The notes below the pieces were generated by a model. The model was not told where the DNA came from, made no database searches, and saw only the letters and a list, made by a program, of their open reading frames with translations. From NCBI GenBank assembly GCA_965198875.1, contig CBDAPU010000001.1:643146-707145 (forward strand): 64,000 bases of DNA, given 5' to 3'. Origin of the DNA: Gammaproteobacteria bacterium (GTDB lineage Bacteria; Pseudomonadota; Gammaproteobacteria; Eutrophobiales; Eutrophobiaceae). Position numbers and translations under genes: made by a program. This document shows positions 1-10,841 of this stretch, one piece after another (the first letter of the stretch is position 1; every line of letters starts with the position of its first letter).

Positions 1-1199
1 GTGAGCGAGAAATTTCCACCACCATGGCCTTCGTCCGCATCCTCAATGCCCTGATCAAAGATAAACACATCGGCAAGCACATCGTCCCCATCGTGCCCGA
101 TGAGGCGCGTACATTTGGTATGGAGGGCATGTTCAGACAATTAGGCATTTACTCATCGGTCGGGCAGTTGTATGAGCCTGTGGACAGCGATCAGGTGATG
201 TTTTATCGAGAAGATAAAAAAGGACAGATCCTCGAAGAGGGGATCACCGAGGCCGGGGCTTTCTCCTCCTGGATGGCCGCTGCAAGCGCCTATAAATATC
301 ATGGCGTGCAGATGATCCCGTTCTATATTTATTACTCTATGTTTGGTTTTCAGCGCATCGGCGATCTGGCCTGGGCGGCGGGCGATATGCGTTGCCGCGG
401 ATTCTTGCTGGGCGGCACGGCAGGCAGAACCACGCTTGCCGGTGAAGGGCTGCAACACCAGGACGGTCACAGCCATGTGTTATCTTCTACCATTCCAAAT
501 TGTGTTTCCTACGACCCGACCTATGCCTATGAACTGGCGGTCATTATCCATGCCGGACTAAAACGCATGTACGAAGATAACGAGGACGTCTACTACTACA
601 TCACCGTCATGAATGAAAATTACGCACACTCGCCCATGCCGGAAAATGTTGAAGAGGGGATCTTAAAAGGGCTGTATTTATTGCAAGGGGGCGGGGGAGA
701 AAAACGGCCAGTGCAGTTGTTGGGATCGGGGACCATTTTAAGGGAAGCGCTCGCCGCCGCTGATCTACTCAAAGATGATTTCGGCGTTGATGCGGCCGTC
801 TGGAGCGCCACCAGCTTCAATGAGCTGCGTCGGGACGGGCTGGATATTGAACGCTGGAACAGGCTGCATCCAGAAGCAAAACCAAAAACACCTTATGTGA
901 GCCAATGTCTGCAAAGCGGCAAAGGGCCGGTGATTGCGGCAACGGATTACATGAAGATCCATGCCGATCAGATCCGGGATTTTATACCAAACCGCTATGT
1001 CGTCCTCGGCACGGATGGTTTTGGCAGAAGCGATACCCGTGCCCAGTTGAGAAAGTTCTTTGAAGTAAACCGTTATTACATCGTTATCGCCGCCCTCAAA
1101 GCATTGGCCGATGAGGGTGATATACCGGTAGAGGTCGTCACGAAGGCGATTAAGAAATATCACATCGATACGGAAAAACCCAATCCGGTTAGCGTCTAG
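1..1199 (+). CDS. aceE: pyruvate dehydrogenase E1 component, C-terminal part; 5' end lies outside the window
   Basis: ORF 24..1199 is open to the window edge and reads as the AceE C-terminal region. It is followed directly by a lipoyl-domain E2 gene. Confidence 0.9.
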   Translation, partial: EREISTTMAFVRILNALIKDKHIGKHIVPIVPDEARTFGMEGMFRQLGIYSSVGQLYEPVDSDQVMFYREDKKGQILEEGITEAGAFSSWMAAASAYKYHGVQMIPFYIYYSMFGFQRIGDLAWAAGDMRCRGFLLGGTAGRTTLAGEGLQHQDGHSHVLSSTIPNCVSYDPTYAYELAVIIHAGLKRMYEDNEDVYYYITVMNENYAHSPMPENVEEGILKGLYLLQGGGGEKRPVQLLGSGTILREALAAADLLKDDFGVDAAVWSATSFNELRRDGLDIERWNRLHPEAKPKTPYVSQCLQSGKGPVIAATDYMKIHADQIRDFIPNRYVVLGTDGFGRSDTRAQLRKFFEVNRYYIVIAALKALADEGDIPVEVVTKAIKKYHIDTEKPNPVSV

Positions 1200-1201
1200 C
1201 T

Positions 1202-2575
1202 ATGGCCGATCTGGTTGACATCCTGGTTCCCGACATTGGCGATTTTGATGCGGTGGAGATCATAGAGATTGCAGTACAGACCGGTGATCAGGTCAATTTG
1301 GAAGACACCTTGATCACATTGGAGTCGGACAAGGCGACCATGGAGATCCCCGCTACCGCCACAGGTACGGTCAAAGAGGTCATGGTCAACATCGGCGATA
1401 CCGTCTCTCAGGGTACGCTGATCTTGAAGCTGGAACCCGCTGAAAGCGCCATTGCCTCCGCTCCTGAGGGCGAAGAGAAGCCAGAGATAAAAGAACCGGA
1501 ACCCGCCCTCATCGTTACTGATGAAGACTCACAAAGTGGCGACTCGCCGCTGCCGATAGAGCCGGAACCTGCTGTGGTGATCACGGATGAAGACTTATCG
1601 CCACAAAGCGGCCCAAGACCCGCGCCGCCGGCGCCGATCAGTACGCAGACTATCGGCGCAAGCGACTCATCGAAGGCTCACGCCAGCCCTTCGGTAAGAA
1701 AATTTGCGAGAGAGCTGGGCGTCGATCTTGGCCTGGTGAGAGGTAGCGCTCGTAAAGGCCGTATATCGAAAGATGATGTCAAGGCATTTACCAAAGCCGT
1801 CATGTCGGACAACCGCATCTTCGATCGATCCGGCGGGTTTTCCCTGCCCAAGATCCCGCCAGTCGACTTCTCCAAATTCGGCCCCATACAAACCAGACCG
1901 TTATCGCGCTTAAAACGGTTGGGTGGGCAGAACCTGCACCGAAGCTGGATCAATGTGCCCCATGTGACCCAGTTTGATGAAACAGACATCACCGAACTTG
2001 ACGCATTTCGTCAATCGAAAAAAACCGAGGCGGAGCAGCACGGGACAAAACTCACCTTGCTCAGCTTTCTTATTAAGGCCGTGGTGGTGACGTTAAAAAA
2101 ATACCCCGAGTTTAATGCCTCTTTAAGCCCAAATGGTGAAGAGCTGATCTATAAAAACTATTTTCATATTGGTATTGCTGTTAATACCGAGCAGGGGTTG
2201 ATGGTGCCGGTGGTTAAAGACGCCGATAAAAAAGGCATGTTCGATCTGGCCACGGAGCTTGCCGAGCTGGCGCAAAAAGCCAGGGATAAAAAACTGAAAC
2301 CCGCCGACATGCAGGGCGGTTGCTTTACCATATCGAGCCTCGGGCATATTGGCGGTACTGGTTTCACGCCGATTGTGAATACGCCGGAGGTCGCCATTCT
2401 TGGTGTGTCGAAATCAACCATCCAGCCGGTTTATATGGATGGCAAATTTGCGCCCCGGCTAATCCTGCCTTATTCCTTGTCTTATGATCATCGCATCATA
2501 GACGGTGTCGCCGCTGCCGAGTTCACCCGCACCTTAGGGAAAATTCTAACCGACATTCGCGACATCCTCCTGTGA
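1202..2575 (+). CDS. aceF: dihydrolipoamide acetyltransferase (pyruvate dehydrogenase E2)
   Basis: N-terminal lipoyl domain (LESDKATMEIPA), an Ala/Pro-rich linker, and the C-terminal catalytic DHRIIDG motif. Confidence 0.9.
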   Translation: MADLVDILVPDIGDFDAVEIIEIAVQTGDQVNLEDTLITLESDKATMEIPATATGTVKEVMVNIGDTVSQGTLILKLEPAESAIASAPEGEEKPEIKEPEPALIVTDEDSQSGDSPLPIEPEPAVVITDEDLSPQSGPRPAPPAPISTQTIGASDSSKAHASPSVRKFARELGVDLGLVRGSARKGRISKDDVKAFTKAVMSDNRIFDRSGGFSLPKIPPVDFSKFGPIQTRPLSRLKRLGGQNLHRSWINVPHVTQFDETDITELDAFRQSKKTEAEQHGTKLTLLSFLIKAVVVTLKKYPEFNASLSPNGEELIYKNYFHIGIAVNTEQGLMVPVVKDADKKGMFDLATELAELAQKARDKKLKPADMQGGCFTISSLGHIGGTGFTPIVNTPEVAILGVSKSTIQPVYMDGKFAPRLILPYSLSYDHRIIDGVAAAEFTRTLGKILTDIRDILL

Positions 2576-3027
2576 ATGAAGATCCCCTCCCGCCGGTTAA
2601 AGGCCGGTTTTCGATTAGTGTCATCGAAAACGACAACGGTGAAATACTGCTTTTAAGAAGAAGTGTTAAGCGCCAATACGGCCCGGGGCTATGGGGATTT
2701 CCCGCCGGTCACTTTGAGGGAAATGAAAGCGCCGAGCAATGCGCCAGGAGAGAGCGGGAAGAGGAAATGGGGCCTGATATATCACTGCAACCCGTCAAAC
2801 ATCTGCGGCCAGTGCGTGGACGGCACAACGGCGGTTGTGGTGAGTTTTATCTTTTTCATCTTCGCTGGCTGGGCGGGAAAATCGCACTCAACCATGAACA
2901 CACCGACTTTGCCTGGGTGAGTAAGGAGAACTACAAACGCTACGATGTGATGCAGGGCGTAGATGAAGATCTCCTGTATTTACAGGTGTGGCCACGGGAT
3001 TATTTGAACCGGGAAAACCTGCCCTGA
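2572..3027 (+). CDS. NUDIX hydrolase
   Basis: Nudix box GFPAGHFEGNESAEQCARREREEEMG. Its start overlaps the aceF stop. Confidence 0.75.
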   Translation: MNEDPLPPVKGRFSISVIENDNGEILLLRRSVKRQYGPGLWGFPAGHFEGNESAEQCARREREEEMGPDISLQPVKHLRPVRGRHNGGCGEFYLFHLRWLGGKIALNHEHTDFAWVSKENYKRYDVMQGVDEDLLYLQVWPRDYLNRENLP

Positions 3028-3226
3028 TTAAATTAAGTCTATATGTAAAAATCAAAGGATTAAACGGGCAAGGAAAGAAATACCAATAATTATAAGGCCA
3101 CTAAAAACCACACCCTCATGATACTGGACTTGGCAACAAGTTGCTCGCCTTTTATGGAGGCGTTAGCATCAAGGAATAGATATTGAGCAAATACCCACAA
3201 TTCTTGAAGCCGTTACTTGGGAGCAT

Positions 3227-3823
3227 ATGGTATTTGTATTTTCAATAGTGTTCATCTTTGTCTTCAGAGCACCCATTTCCTCGTTAATACCAAAGATTCG
3301 TAAGATTTCTAAAGATGGGCTAAGCGCAGAAGGCAACACTCCAGAAATACAGCTAGAAGAGAATAATTCTGAATCTGTTCAGCAACTATTGGACATGATT
3401 GAAAGTACTATTGTAATAGCGGGATTGGAAGACCGTATACGTGCAGACCTTGGAGCTAGGGGACTTATCCCGTCTGATGACGCCTCTAAAGTATTAGTGC
3501 GGCATCTTGCAGGCACCCAATTACTTCTACATCTAGAGCAGGTACATCATTTAATATTTGGTAGCCAAATTATCCTCTTAAAGAAATTAAATGAGGTTGC
3601 AGGCCGGGGCCGTAGTATGGACTACGTGACCACACATATTGATCATGTAAAGAAGATGTACTCAGATTCCCTTGGCGAGTGGAGCATAGAACAATACCTG
3701 GAATTTTTATTTGATCGGAATTTGGTAATTCAACATGATGATCAATTACACATTACTGACCTTGGCGTTGAGTACTTGGTATGGGTCGCTCGGAGCGGAA
3801 AACGTGAAGACAATCCTCTGTAA
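3227..3823 (+). CDS. hypothetical protein in a low-GC island; the start codon is uncertain
   Basis: 198-aa ORF in an AT-rich region, with no motif I recognise. Confidence 0.35.
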   Translation: MVFVFSIVFIFVFRAPISSLIPKIRKISKDGLSAEGNTPEIQLEENNSESVQQLLDMIESTIVIAGLEDRIRADLGARGLIPSDDASKVLVRHLAGTQLLLHLEQVHHLIFGSQIILLKKLNEVAGRGRSMDYVTTHIDHVKKMYSDSLGEWSIEQYLEFLFDRNLVIQHDDQLHITDLGVEYLVWVARSGKREDNPL

Positions 3824-3877
3824 TAGTACTAACAAGTGAATTAACTACACGCTTTCGTTACGCCTTCATTGCCAGAC

Positions 3878-3893
3878 GTGCGTTAAAACGCAC
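3878..3893. promoter_or_regulatory. perfect 7-2-7 palindrome GTGCGTTAAAACGCAC, a candidate operator (C-box-like) upstream of the C-protein gene
   Basis: Inverted repeat read directly from the sequence, about 95 bp upstream of the HTH gene. AGCGTTA(C/G)G-like motifs also recur at 3856-3935. Confidence 0.25.
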
Positions 3894-3988
3894 CGATTAT
3901 CGAAGCGTTAGGTCTCTGGAATTAACCAAACCGAGCGTTACGCATAGTCTGTAGATATATAGTATTCAATTAAATACGATCATGCTCC

Positions 3989-4207
3989 ATGAACGTAATT
4001 CATTCATTCGGGGCAAGACTCCAGAAAATTAGAAAAGAAAAAGGGCTTTCGCAAGAAAAACTTGCGGAACTTTCAGGCCTTCATAGAACTTATATAAGCT
4101 CTTTAGAGCGAGGCTCAAGAAATCCTACTCTTACTACTATGCACGCAATTGCTGATGCCTTGAATGTTGAAATTTCATTTTTGGTTACTGGCATTGCAAA
4201 TGAGTAA
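3989..4207 (+). CDS. XRE-family HTH protein, likely R-M controller (C) protein
   Basis: 72-aa protein. The helix-turn-helix LSQEKLAELSGLHRTYISSLERG is typical of C proteins. It sits immediately upstream of the nuclease candidate and next to a C5-methyltransferase gene. Confidence 0.6.
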   Translation: MNVIHSFGARLQKIRKEKGLSQEKLAELSGLHRTYISSLERGSRNPTLTTMHAIADALNVEISFLVTGIANE

Positions 4208-4268
4208 TATTTTTTCTAACAAGAAGTAGCTTTCAAACATATCAAATATTTTAATTGGCTACCTAAAA

Positions 4269-4937
4269 TTGCCATTTTCTGGCGACACTGTTCCCGGTTC
4301 CTTGATGGAGTCGGTTATTGCTTCGGTACGAAATGGCGAGATATTAAATACATATGACTTTGTTGATGTAATTAATCGCAATCAGAAAGCTGGATGGCAA
4401 GTAAAGTCCACGAAAGATTCAACTCCAGTAACATGGAAGAGGGCAAAAATTCCGAATTCACTTCAGCTAATAGAAGATTCGAGAAAAAGTGAAAAAGGAT
4501 TACAGAACCTTGGGGACTCGATTATTAAATTTTGCAACGACCATGCGATTGAGAGCTTTGATACGTATGGACTGAATGAAATTGGTTTTTCTAGATTGAT
4601 TATTCACAAAAATGGAAACCTAACTTATTTTGAAAAAATCCTTTGCACCAAAGAATCTCCTAAAATCTTCAGCGAAGAAGAATTTCAATGGAAATGGTCA
4701 GTACCGAAAAAAATTAAAAAGAAAGAACAACTACCTGCGCTACATGGTATTCATAAGAAGAGTCAAAAAAAGTGGTTTGCATGGCATGGATTAGGGGAAA
4801 ATCAGTTGCATTTTAGTGGTGAAAAAGAGTGGTGGCCCAACGATTCAAAAAACAAAATTGAATTTGCTTTTCCAGGTAAAAGGTTGAGTCAGCCTGAATT
4901 GATGAAACTTTTGAATCAAATCTCTTCAATCACTTAA
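4269..4937 (+). CDS. candidate type II restriction endonuclease (positional inference); the start may be Met at 4305
   Basis: 222-aa ORF between the C gene and the convergent methyltransferase gene, overlapping its 3' end by 12 bp. No fold is recognisable. Confidence 0.4.
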   Translation: MPFSGDTVPGSLMESVIASVRNGEILNTYDFVDVINRNQKAGWQVKSTKDSTPVTWKRAKIPNSLQLIEDSRKSEKGLQNLGDSIIKFCNDHAIESFDTYGLNEIGFSRLIIHKNGNLTYFEKILCTKESPKIFSEEEFQWKWSVPKKIKKKEQLPALHGIHKKSQKKWFAWHGLGENQLHFSGEKEWWPNDSKNKIEFAFPGKRLSQPELMKLLNQISSIT

Positions 4938-6053
4938 AAAGACTTCACCCATAATTTTACCCAGTAAGGGCGGGACAGAATTTCCTAGTTGCCCCGCTTG
5001 CTGGACATAACTGCCAACAAACTTAAAACAATCCTTAAAACTATGCAACCTAGCTGCTTCTCTAATGGTTATCAGTCTTAAATCTAAAGGGTGTCCCCAC
5101 CTTCCAGAACCTGCATGAAAGACCCATCTAGTGATGGTTGGCATAACCATCTCTTTGGTTAATCGACCGTATGCACCGCTATATCCGCCTTTGGGTTTTA
5201 AATGAGCAGGCAGGTCTTTAATCCCTTGTCCTGGCTGTAATGAAGAAATCCTTTCATATTGAGTAGGGTTTAGCGTTTTTGCCACATGGTTGTAAGTTTG
5301 TGTGCAGCCATTTCTGATGAACTCCTGATATTCATTTTGTGGGTCGGTATAATAGCGATCAGGGCTTGTGCCTTCTCCGTGTTTTAAGGGCCTTAGGTCA
5401 CTAATTGCATCCCATACATTGATATGAGATTTCTTCAAGCTGAACGAGTCATTTGAATTCCCTTTAGCATGTGTTTCGTTAGGCTCCTTGGGGGGAATTC
5501 CATCCCTGCGTGCCATAAAAAATGCACGACACCTTCTTTGTGGTACCCCATAATCAGCAGCATTATAAACACCATGAATTACCTGATAGCCAGCATTAGT
5601 GAGTCGCCAAACGATTTTATCCGTATAATGTTGCCCGAATCCATTTCTCATTTCCGCTACATTTTCCATCAGCACCCACTTGGGTAATATCGCCTCGCAA
5701 TGTTCCAGAAATGTTTTTACCAATGTATTGTTTTCACTATCTAACTGCCTTTGTGAGCGTGGCACATTCTTTGAAAACCCTTGGCAAGGCGGCCCGCCGA
5801 CTAGCAAGTCGAGTTCGCCAACTTTTAAATTAAATTTCGAGAGAAGTTCCAAAGAGTCTACTTTTGAGACATCGGTACAAAGTGGAAGAGTGTCCGGGAA
5901 ATTTTCAGTGAACGTTTGTATGTAATTTGGCTCAACATCTATGCCTGCCAATATGTCAAATCCGGCATCTCTAAGTCCAGCGGAAAGTCCGCCGCAACCG
6001 CAAAATAAATCAATAGTCTTCAAAACAGAAACCAAGGTTGAATTAAGTAACAA
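4926..6053 (-). CDS. DNA (cytosine-5)-methyltransferase
   Basis: Motif I FCGCGG, motif IV GGPPCQGFS, motif VI ENV, motif VIII QRRCRAF, and a C-terminal GNSV motif. Confidence 0.9.
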   Translation of the reverse strand: MLLNSTLVSVLKTIDLFCGCGGLSAGLRDAGFDILAGIDVEPNYIQTFTENFPDTLPLCTDVSKVDSLELLSKFNLKVGELDLLVGGPPCQGFSKNVPRSQRQLDSENNTLVKTFLEHCEAILPKWVLMENVAEMRNGFGQHYTDKIVWRLTNAGYQVIHGVYNAADYGVPQRRCRAFFMARRDGIPPKEPNETHAKGNSNDSFSLKKSHINVWDAISDLRPLKHGEGTSPDRYYTDPQNEYQEFIRNGCTQTYNHVAKTLNPTQYERISSLQPGQGIKDLPAHLKPKGGYSGAYGRLTKEMVMPTITRWVFHAGSGRWGHPLDLRLITIREAARLHSFKDCFKFVGSYVQQAGQLGNSVPPLLGKIMGEVFLSD

Positions 6054-6186
6054 TGTTACGTATAGTCTTCATTTTATTAGTCGTGTCAAGCCTTAACAAG
6101 CACATTCTGCCAGACAAATTTTCTGCAGAGCAGGGCTACAGCGTTTAGATACAGGATTAATAATCAAACTGGTTTATGGAATTATA

Positions 6187-6993
6187 TTGGTATTGCTAAA
6201 CGTATTTGTAGAAATTTATTCAGTGACAGTTAAACTCCACTATGAAATGCTAGGGACAGGCGCCCCCGTCATGATTCTTCATGGACTGTTTGGCTCTGGT
6301 CGTAACTGGTTCAGTATCGCAAAAAAACTGGCGGGCGCACGGCAACTCATTCTTGTGGATCTCAGAAACCACGGCCAGAGCGCTCATACCGCCGACATGT
6401 CTTTTCAGCACATGGCAGATGATATTAAAGCGCTTGTCGATACGCTTGATCTGCAAAAAGTGGATGTTATCGGCCACAGCATGGGTGGCAAGGTCGCCAT
6501 GATGTTTGCATTGAATTACCCGGATAACTTAAAACGTCTGCTGATCATGGATGTGGCCCCCAAGACTTATCACACCGATTTTGCTGAGTTGATCGAGCAC
6601 ATGGACAGTCTTCCACTAACTGCGATCAGATCAAGAAAAGAAGCGGATACACACCTGGCGAGGGCGATACCACAGGAGGGCTTAAGGTCATTTCTACTCC
6701 ATAACCTGGCCCGGGAAGCGGGCAGGTTCATCTGGCGCATCAACCTCGCCGCCATCAGGAATAATCTGGCCACACTGTGTGCATTTCCGAACTCCTTTAA
6801 GCATACCCACAGCTTAGCCCCCGCATTGTTCCTGGCAGGTGCAACCTCTAACTATCTGGCTGAGGAAGATCATGAATACATAAAAGCGCTGTTTCCCAAC
6901 GCCACTTTTATCAACATCGAGCATGCCGGTCACTGGTTACATGCCGATCAGCCCGAGGCCGTGCTGGCGGAGATCAATCGTTTTTTAATCTAG
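6187..6993 (+). CDS. alpha/beta-fold hydrolase (YbfF-like esterase); the real start is probably a few codons downstream
   Basis: [10 protein letters not shown] oxyanion region and the GHSMGG nucleophile elbow. Confidence 0.75.
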   Translation: MVLLNVFVEIYSVTVKLHYEMLGTGAPVMILHGLFGSGRNWFSIAKKLAGARQLILVDLRNHGQSAHTADMSFQHMADDIKALVDTLDLQKVDVIGHSMGGKVAMMFALNYPDNLKRLLIMDVAPKTYHTDFAELIEHMDSLPLTAIRSRKEADTHLARAIPQEGLRSFLLHNLAREAGRFIWRINLAAIRNNLATLCAFPNSFKHTHSLAPALFLAGATSNYLAEEDHEYIKALFPNATFINIEHAGHWLHADQPEAVLAEINRFLI

Positions 6994-7027
6994 CGGGAAC
7001 CTGTCTTATCCTGTACACATCAATGCC

Positions 7028-8284
7028 TTGCCATTAGAATTGGCGCTCTTTTCTAACTTCTTATCCATGATAGATAAATCCATTAGCAAAGTCGTGCTCG
7101 CATACTCCGGCGGGCTGGACACATCGGTGATCCTGAAGTGGCTACAGGATACCTACGGCTGTGAAGTGGTGACGTTTACCGCAGATATCGGCCAGGGTGA
7201 AGAGGTGTCGACGGCGAGAAGCAAGGCCGAAGCGCTGGGTGTTAAGGAGATTTATATTGAAGACTTGGTGGAAGAGTATGTGCGTGATTTTGTCTTTCCG
7301 ATGTTCAGGGCCAATACCGTTTATGAGGGTGAGTATTTATTGGGCACTTCCATTGCCCGGCCCCTGGTAGCAAAACGCCTGGTGGAAATCGCAGAAGAGA
7401 CCGGTGCGGACGCTATCGCCCACGGCGCCACAGGTAAAGGCAATGACCAGGTGCGGTTCGAGTTAGGCGCTTATGCCTTAAAACCGGATATAAACGTGAT
7501 CGCCCCCTGGCGTGAATGGGACCTGAATGCCAGGGAAAAATTACTCGCCTACGCCGAGCGACATCACATCCCCATTGAGGCAAAACGTGAAGGCGCCTCA
7601 CCTTATTCCATGGACGCCAATCTACTGCATATTTCCTTCGAAGGTGGCGAGCTGGAAGACCCCTGGCAAGAGGCGGACGAGACTATGTGGCGCTGGTCGG
7701 TCGCACCTGAACACGCCCCTGATCAGGCCGAGATCATTGAGATGGATTTCAGTCACGGTGATGCAACGGCGTTAAATGGAATCACTATGTCCCCCGGTCA
7801 TCTGTTAAAGACCCTGAACGAGATGGGTGGTAAACATGGTATAGGTCGAGCGGATATTGTGGAGAACCGCTATGTGGGGATGAAATCTCGCGGCTGTTAT
7901 GAAACACCCGGCGGCACGATATTGCTCAAAGCCCACCGTGCCATGGAGTCCCTGACCCTGGACCGCGAACTGGCGCATCTAAAAGATGAGCTCATGCCAC
8001 GCTATGCAAACATGATCTATAACGGCTATTGGTGGAGCCCGGAGCGTCTGGCATTACAGAGACTCATTGATGCGACGCAAACAACAGTTAATGGCACAGT
8101 CAGATTAAAACTGTATAAAGGCAATGTTATCGTCAGCGGTCGAAGATCGGACACGGACAGCCTGTTCGATGAGAGCATCGCCACCTTTGAAGACGATGCC
8201 GGCAGTTATGATCAAAAAGATGCGGCAGGCTTCATCAAGCTCAATGCGTTAAGGTTAAAACTGCAAAAATTAGGACAGGCGTGA
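7028..8284 (+). CDS. argG: argininosuccinate synthase (likely start at 7067, MIDKS...)
   Basis: [11 protein letters not shown]-loop and full-length similarity to ArgG. Confidence 0.9.
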   Translation: MPLELALFSNFLSMIDKSISKVVLAYSGGLDTSVILKWLQDTYGCEVVTFTADIGQGEEVSTARSKAEALGVKEIYIEDLVEEYVRDFVFPMFRANTVYEGEYLLGTSIARPLVAKRLVEIAEETGADAIAHGATGKGNDQVRFELGAYALKPDINVIAPWREWDLNAREKLLAYAERHHIPIEAKREGASPYSMDANLLHISFEGGELEDPWQEADETMWRWSVAPEHAPDQAEIIEMDFSHGDATALNGITMSPGHLLKTLNEMGGKHGIGRADIVENRYVGMKSRGCYETPGGTILLKAHRAMESLTLDRELAHLKDELMPRYANMIYNGYWWSPERLALQRLIDATQTTVNGTVRLKLYKGNVIVSGRRSDTDSLFDESIATFEDDAGSYDQKDAAGFIKLNALRLKLQKLGQA

Positions 8285-8909
8285 AGTGATGAGCAGTCAT
8301 CCGTGCCTGTCGACCAGCGAACATCTATGGGATGGGCTGACGCTGTCCGGTCATGGCGACCTCGCCAAGCCCAGGCCGCTCATCTCGCTTTGCCCTGCAT
8401 GCGCTGATGGCGTCTACCTGGCACGGGCCCTTAACCAGGCATCCCGACATCTGCCTGTGCGATGCGCCTGTCTGCAAGATTTTTCCATGCTGATTATGAA
8501 ACTTGTTGAGCGAGTCCAAAAAATCGGTGGCAGATAAAAAATCTATCATTATTTATCCTCATAACTGTTATTTGTCCGCGATCTGTCAGTTGTCTTAATC
8601 CCGGGAACATACTTTAGATAACCTAATCTTGCCTCTTTTTATTCATTCTTACTGGTTCATCGCCCATAAAACACCTCTGCTAGTCCATACCATTTTTAAC
8701 ACCTTCGTTTATTCTCGCAAACCGCCTTGTATCAATCCTGGCTCTCTCTTTCCATGATCGTATTTTGAAGTTTCATTTTATGCGCCTGGCGATCTATCGC
8801 ACTCATCAGGAGCTGAATGGGAGCGCAATGTCACTATGCCGACTACGGGGTTAAAGGCTTTTATCGCATCGGGACTATACGATAAAAGTGGATGTGGCAA
8901 TAAATCCCG

Positions 8910-10592
8910 CTACATATTGGGGTAATTAGGGCCGCCGCCTTCAGGTGTTACCCAGATGATATTCTGGGTTGGGTCTTTGATATCGCAGGTTTTACAATGC
9001 ACGCAATTCTGTGCGTTGATTTGTAATCTCGCATGAGCGCCTTGTTCAACAATTTCATACACGCCCGCCGGGCAATAGCGCCGCTCAGGTGCGTCATAGG
9101 TCTTTAGGTTGATGTTGATGGGTACCGCATCATCTTTTAAGAGCAGGTGGCAGGGTTGGTCTTCTTCATGGTTAGTATTGGAGATAAAGACGGAGGATAG
9201 CCTGTCAAAACTCAATACACCATCGGGTTTCGGATACTGAATTGCTTCACACTCGGCGGCCGGTTTTAGGCATTCATGATCGGGCTGTGTGTCCTTGAGA
9301 TGCACTGGTAACCTTCCGTAGCACAGGTTCTGTTCAATAAAATTAAAGACGCCCCCCAGATACACGCCAAATTTATGCAGGGCGGCGCCAAAATTACGTG
9401 CACGGTACATCTCATCATAAGCCCAGGAGCGATGGAAATGCGCGTGATATACATCCAGGTCTTTACCTGCCCCATCTGCATTTTGCAGCTCGGAGAATAA
9501 CGTCTCGGCAGCCACCATGCCGGACTTCATCGCTGTGTGCGTGCCTTTGATCTTGGCAAAGTTCAGGGTGCCGGCATCACAACCGATCAACAGGGCGCCG
9601 GGCATGGACAGCTTTGGCAGAGAGTGCAAACCACCCTTAGTGATGGCCCTGGCGCCATAGGCGATCCGGCGAGCGCCGCCCAGTGTTTTCGCGATAAGCG
9701 GATGGTGTTTGAGTCGCTGAAACTCATCAAATGGACTGACATAGGGATTGGGATAATTTAAATCTATAATTAAACCCACAACGACCTGATTATCTTCCAG
9801 GTGGTAGAGAAAAAAACCGCCACAAGTCCCCTTTGATAAGGGCCAGCCCGTACCATGAACCACCAGCCCTGGTTGACACTTCTCGGGCTCTATTTCCCAA
9901 AGCTCTTTCATCCCCAGCCCGTAGTGCTGTGGCTCGCTGTCCTTGTCCAGGTTGAATTTTTCAATCACCTGTCTTCCCAAATGCCCGCGACTACCTTCTG
10001 CAAACACGGTGTACTTTGCGTGCAATTCCAGCCCCGGCACATAGGTATCTTTGCGCTCGCCATGGGCGGTTCTTCCCATATCGCCTGTCGCCACGCCCCT
10101 GATAGCGCCAGCCTCGTTGTAGAGGATCTCAGCGGCCGCAAACCCAGGGTAAATTTCCACTTCAAGCGCTTCGGCCTGCTCCGCCAACCAGCGACACACA
10201 TTGCCCAGGCTAACCACATAATTGCCCTGATTATGCATGCTACGTGGCACCAGGAAGTGAGGCACCTTGATGGCGGAGTTCGCATGGGTAAAAAAATAGA
10301 CCGCATCCTCACTGACGGGTGTGTTCAAAGGGGCGCCCCTGTCCCGCCAGTCGGGGAGCAGCTCATTTAACGCCCGTGGTTCCAGCACAGCGCCTGAGAG
10401 AATATGCGCCCCCACCTCGGAGCCTTTTTCCAGGACACAGACGGACAATTCCATCTTCTTTTCAGCCGCCAGTTGTTTTAAGCGAATGGCCGATGACAGG
10501 CCGGCAGGGCCAGCGCCCACGATGACGACATCATATTCCATGCACTCACGTCCCATTGCATTACCTCTGATCGGACATAAAGATATGGGCAA
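8910..10592 (-). CDS. electron-transfer flavoprotein-ubiquinone oxidoreductase (likely start at 10541 or 10556)
   Basis: FAD-binding VVIVGAGPAGLSSA motif and a C-terminal 4Fe-4S motif CVHCKTCDIKDP. Confidence 0.85.
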   Translation of the reverse strand: MPISLCPIRGNAMGRECMEYDVVIVGAGPAGLSSAIRLKQLAAEKKMELSVCVLEKGSEVGAHILSGAVLEPRALNELLPDWRDRGAPLNTPVSEDAVYFFTHANSAIKVPHFLVPRSMHNQGNYVVSLGNVCRWLAEQAEALEVEIYPGFAAAEILYNEAGAIRGVATGDMGRTAHGERKDTYVPGLELHAKYTVFAEGSRGHLGRQVIEKFNLDKDSEPQHYGLGMKELWEIEPEKCQPGLVVHGTGWPLSKGTCGGFFLYHLEDNQVVVGLIIDLNYPNPYVSPFDEFQRLKHHPLIAKTLGGARRIAYGARAITKGGLHSLPKLSMPGALLIGCDAGTLNFAKIKGTHTAMKSGMVAAETLFSELQNADGAGKDLDVYHAHFHRSWAYDEMYRARNFGAALHKFGVYLGGVFNFIEQNLCYGRLPVHLKDTQPDHECLKPAAECEAIQYPKPDGVLSFDRLSSVFISNTNHEEDQPCHLLLKDDAVPININLKTYDAPERRYCPAGVYEIVEQGAHARLQINAQNCVHCKTCDIKDPTQNIIWVTPEGGGPNYPNM

Positions 10593-10841
10593 GTATACAG
10601 GAACGTCTTATACAAGTGAGCCGCCCGATTGCCGGGAAACGGGGAGCTATTCCTTAACGAGACAACTTATCCGCCCCGTCCCTGTGGGCGCTATTCAGGC
10701 TCGCCAGGCTCGAGCCTTTGAGGTCACGCCCGGTGATGTGCCCGTTCACATAGGGGCAGGTTCTGCATGGACGTGTTTATGTTACGCCAGGCAGATGGAT
10801 GGATGGATGCACAGGGGTGATCAAGCAGGTGTTTGCCGTGT

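Noticed and set aside
8286-8537. 83-aa ORF downstream of argG
   Set aside because: No RBS or motif support, and the composition looks non-coding. It was left unannotated. The 370-bp region 8538-8909 could hold a small RNA, but I cannot support one from sequence alone.
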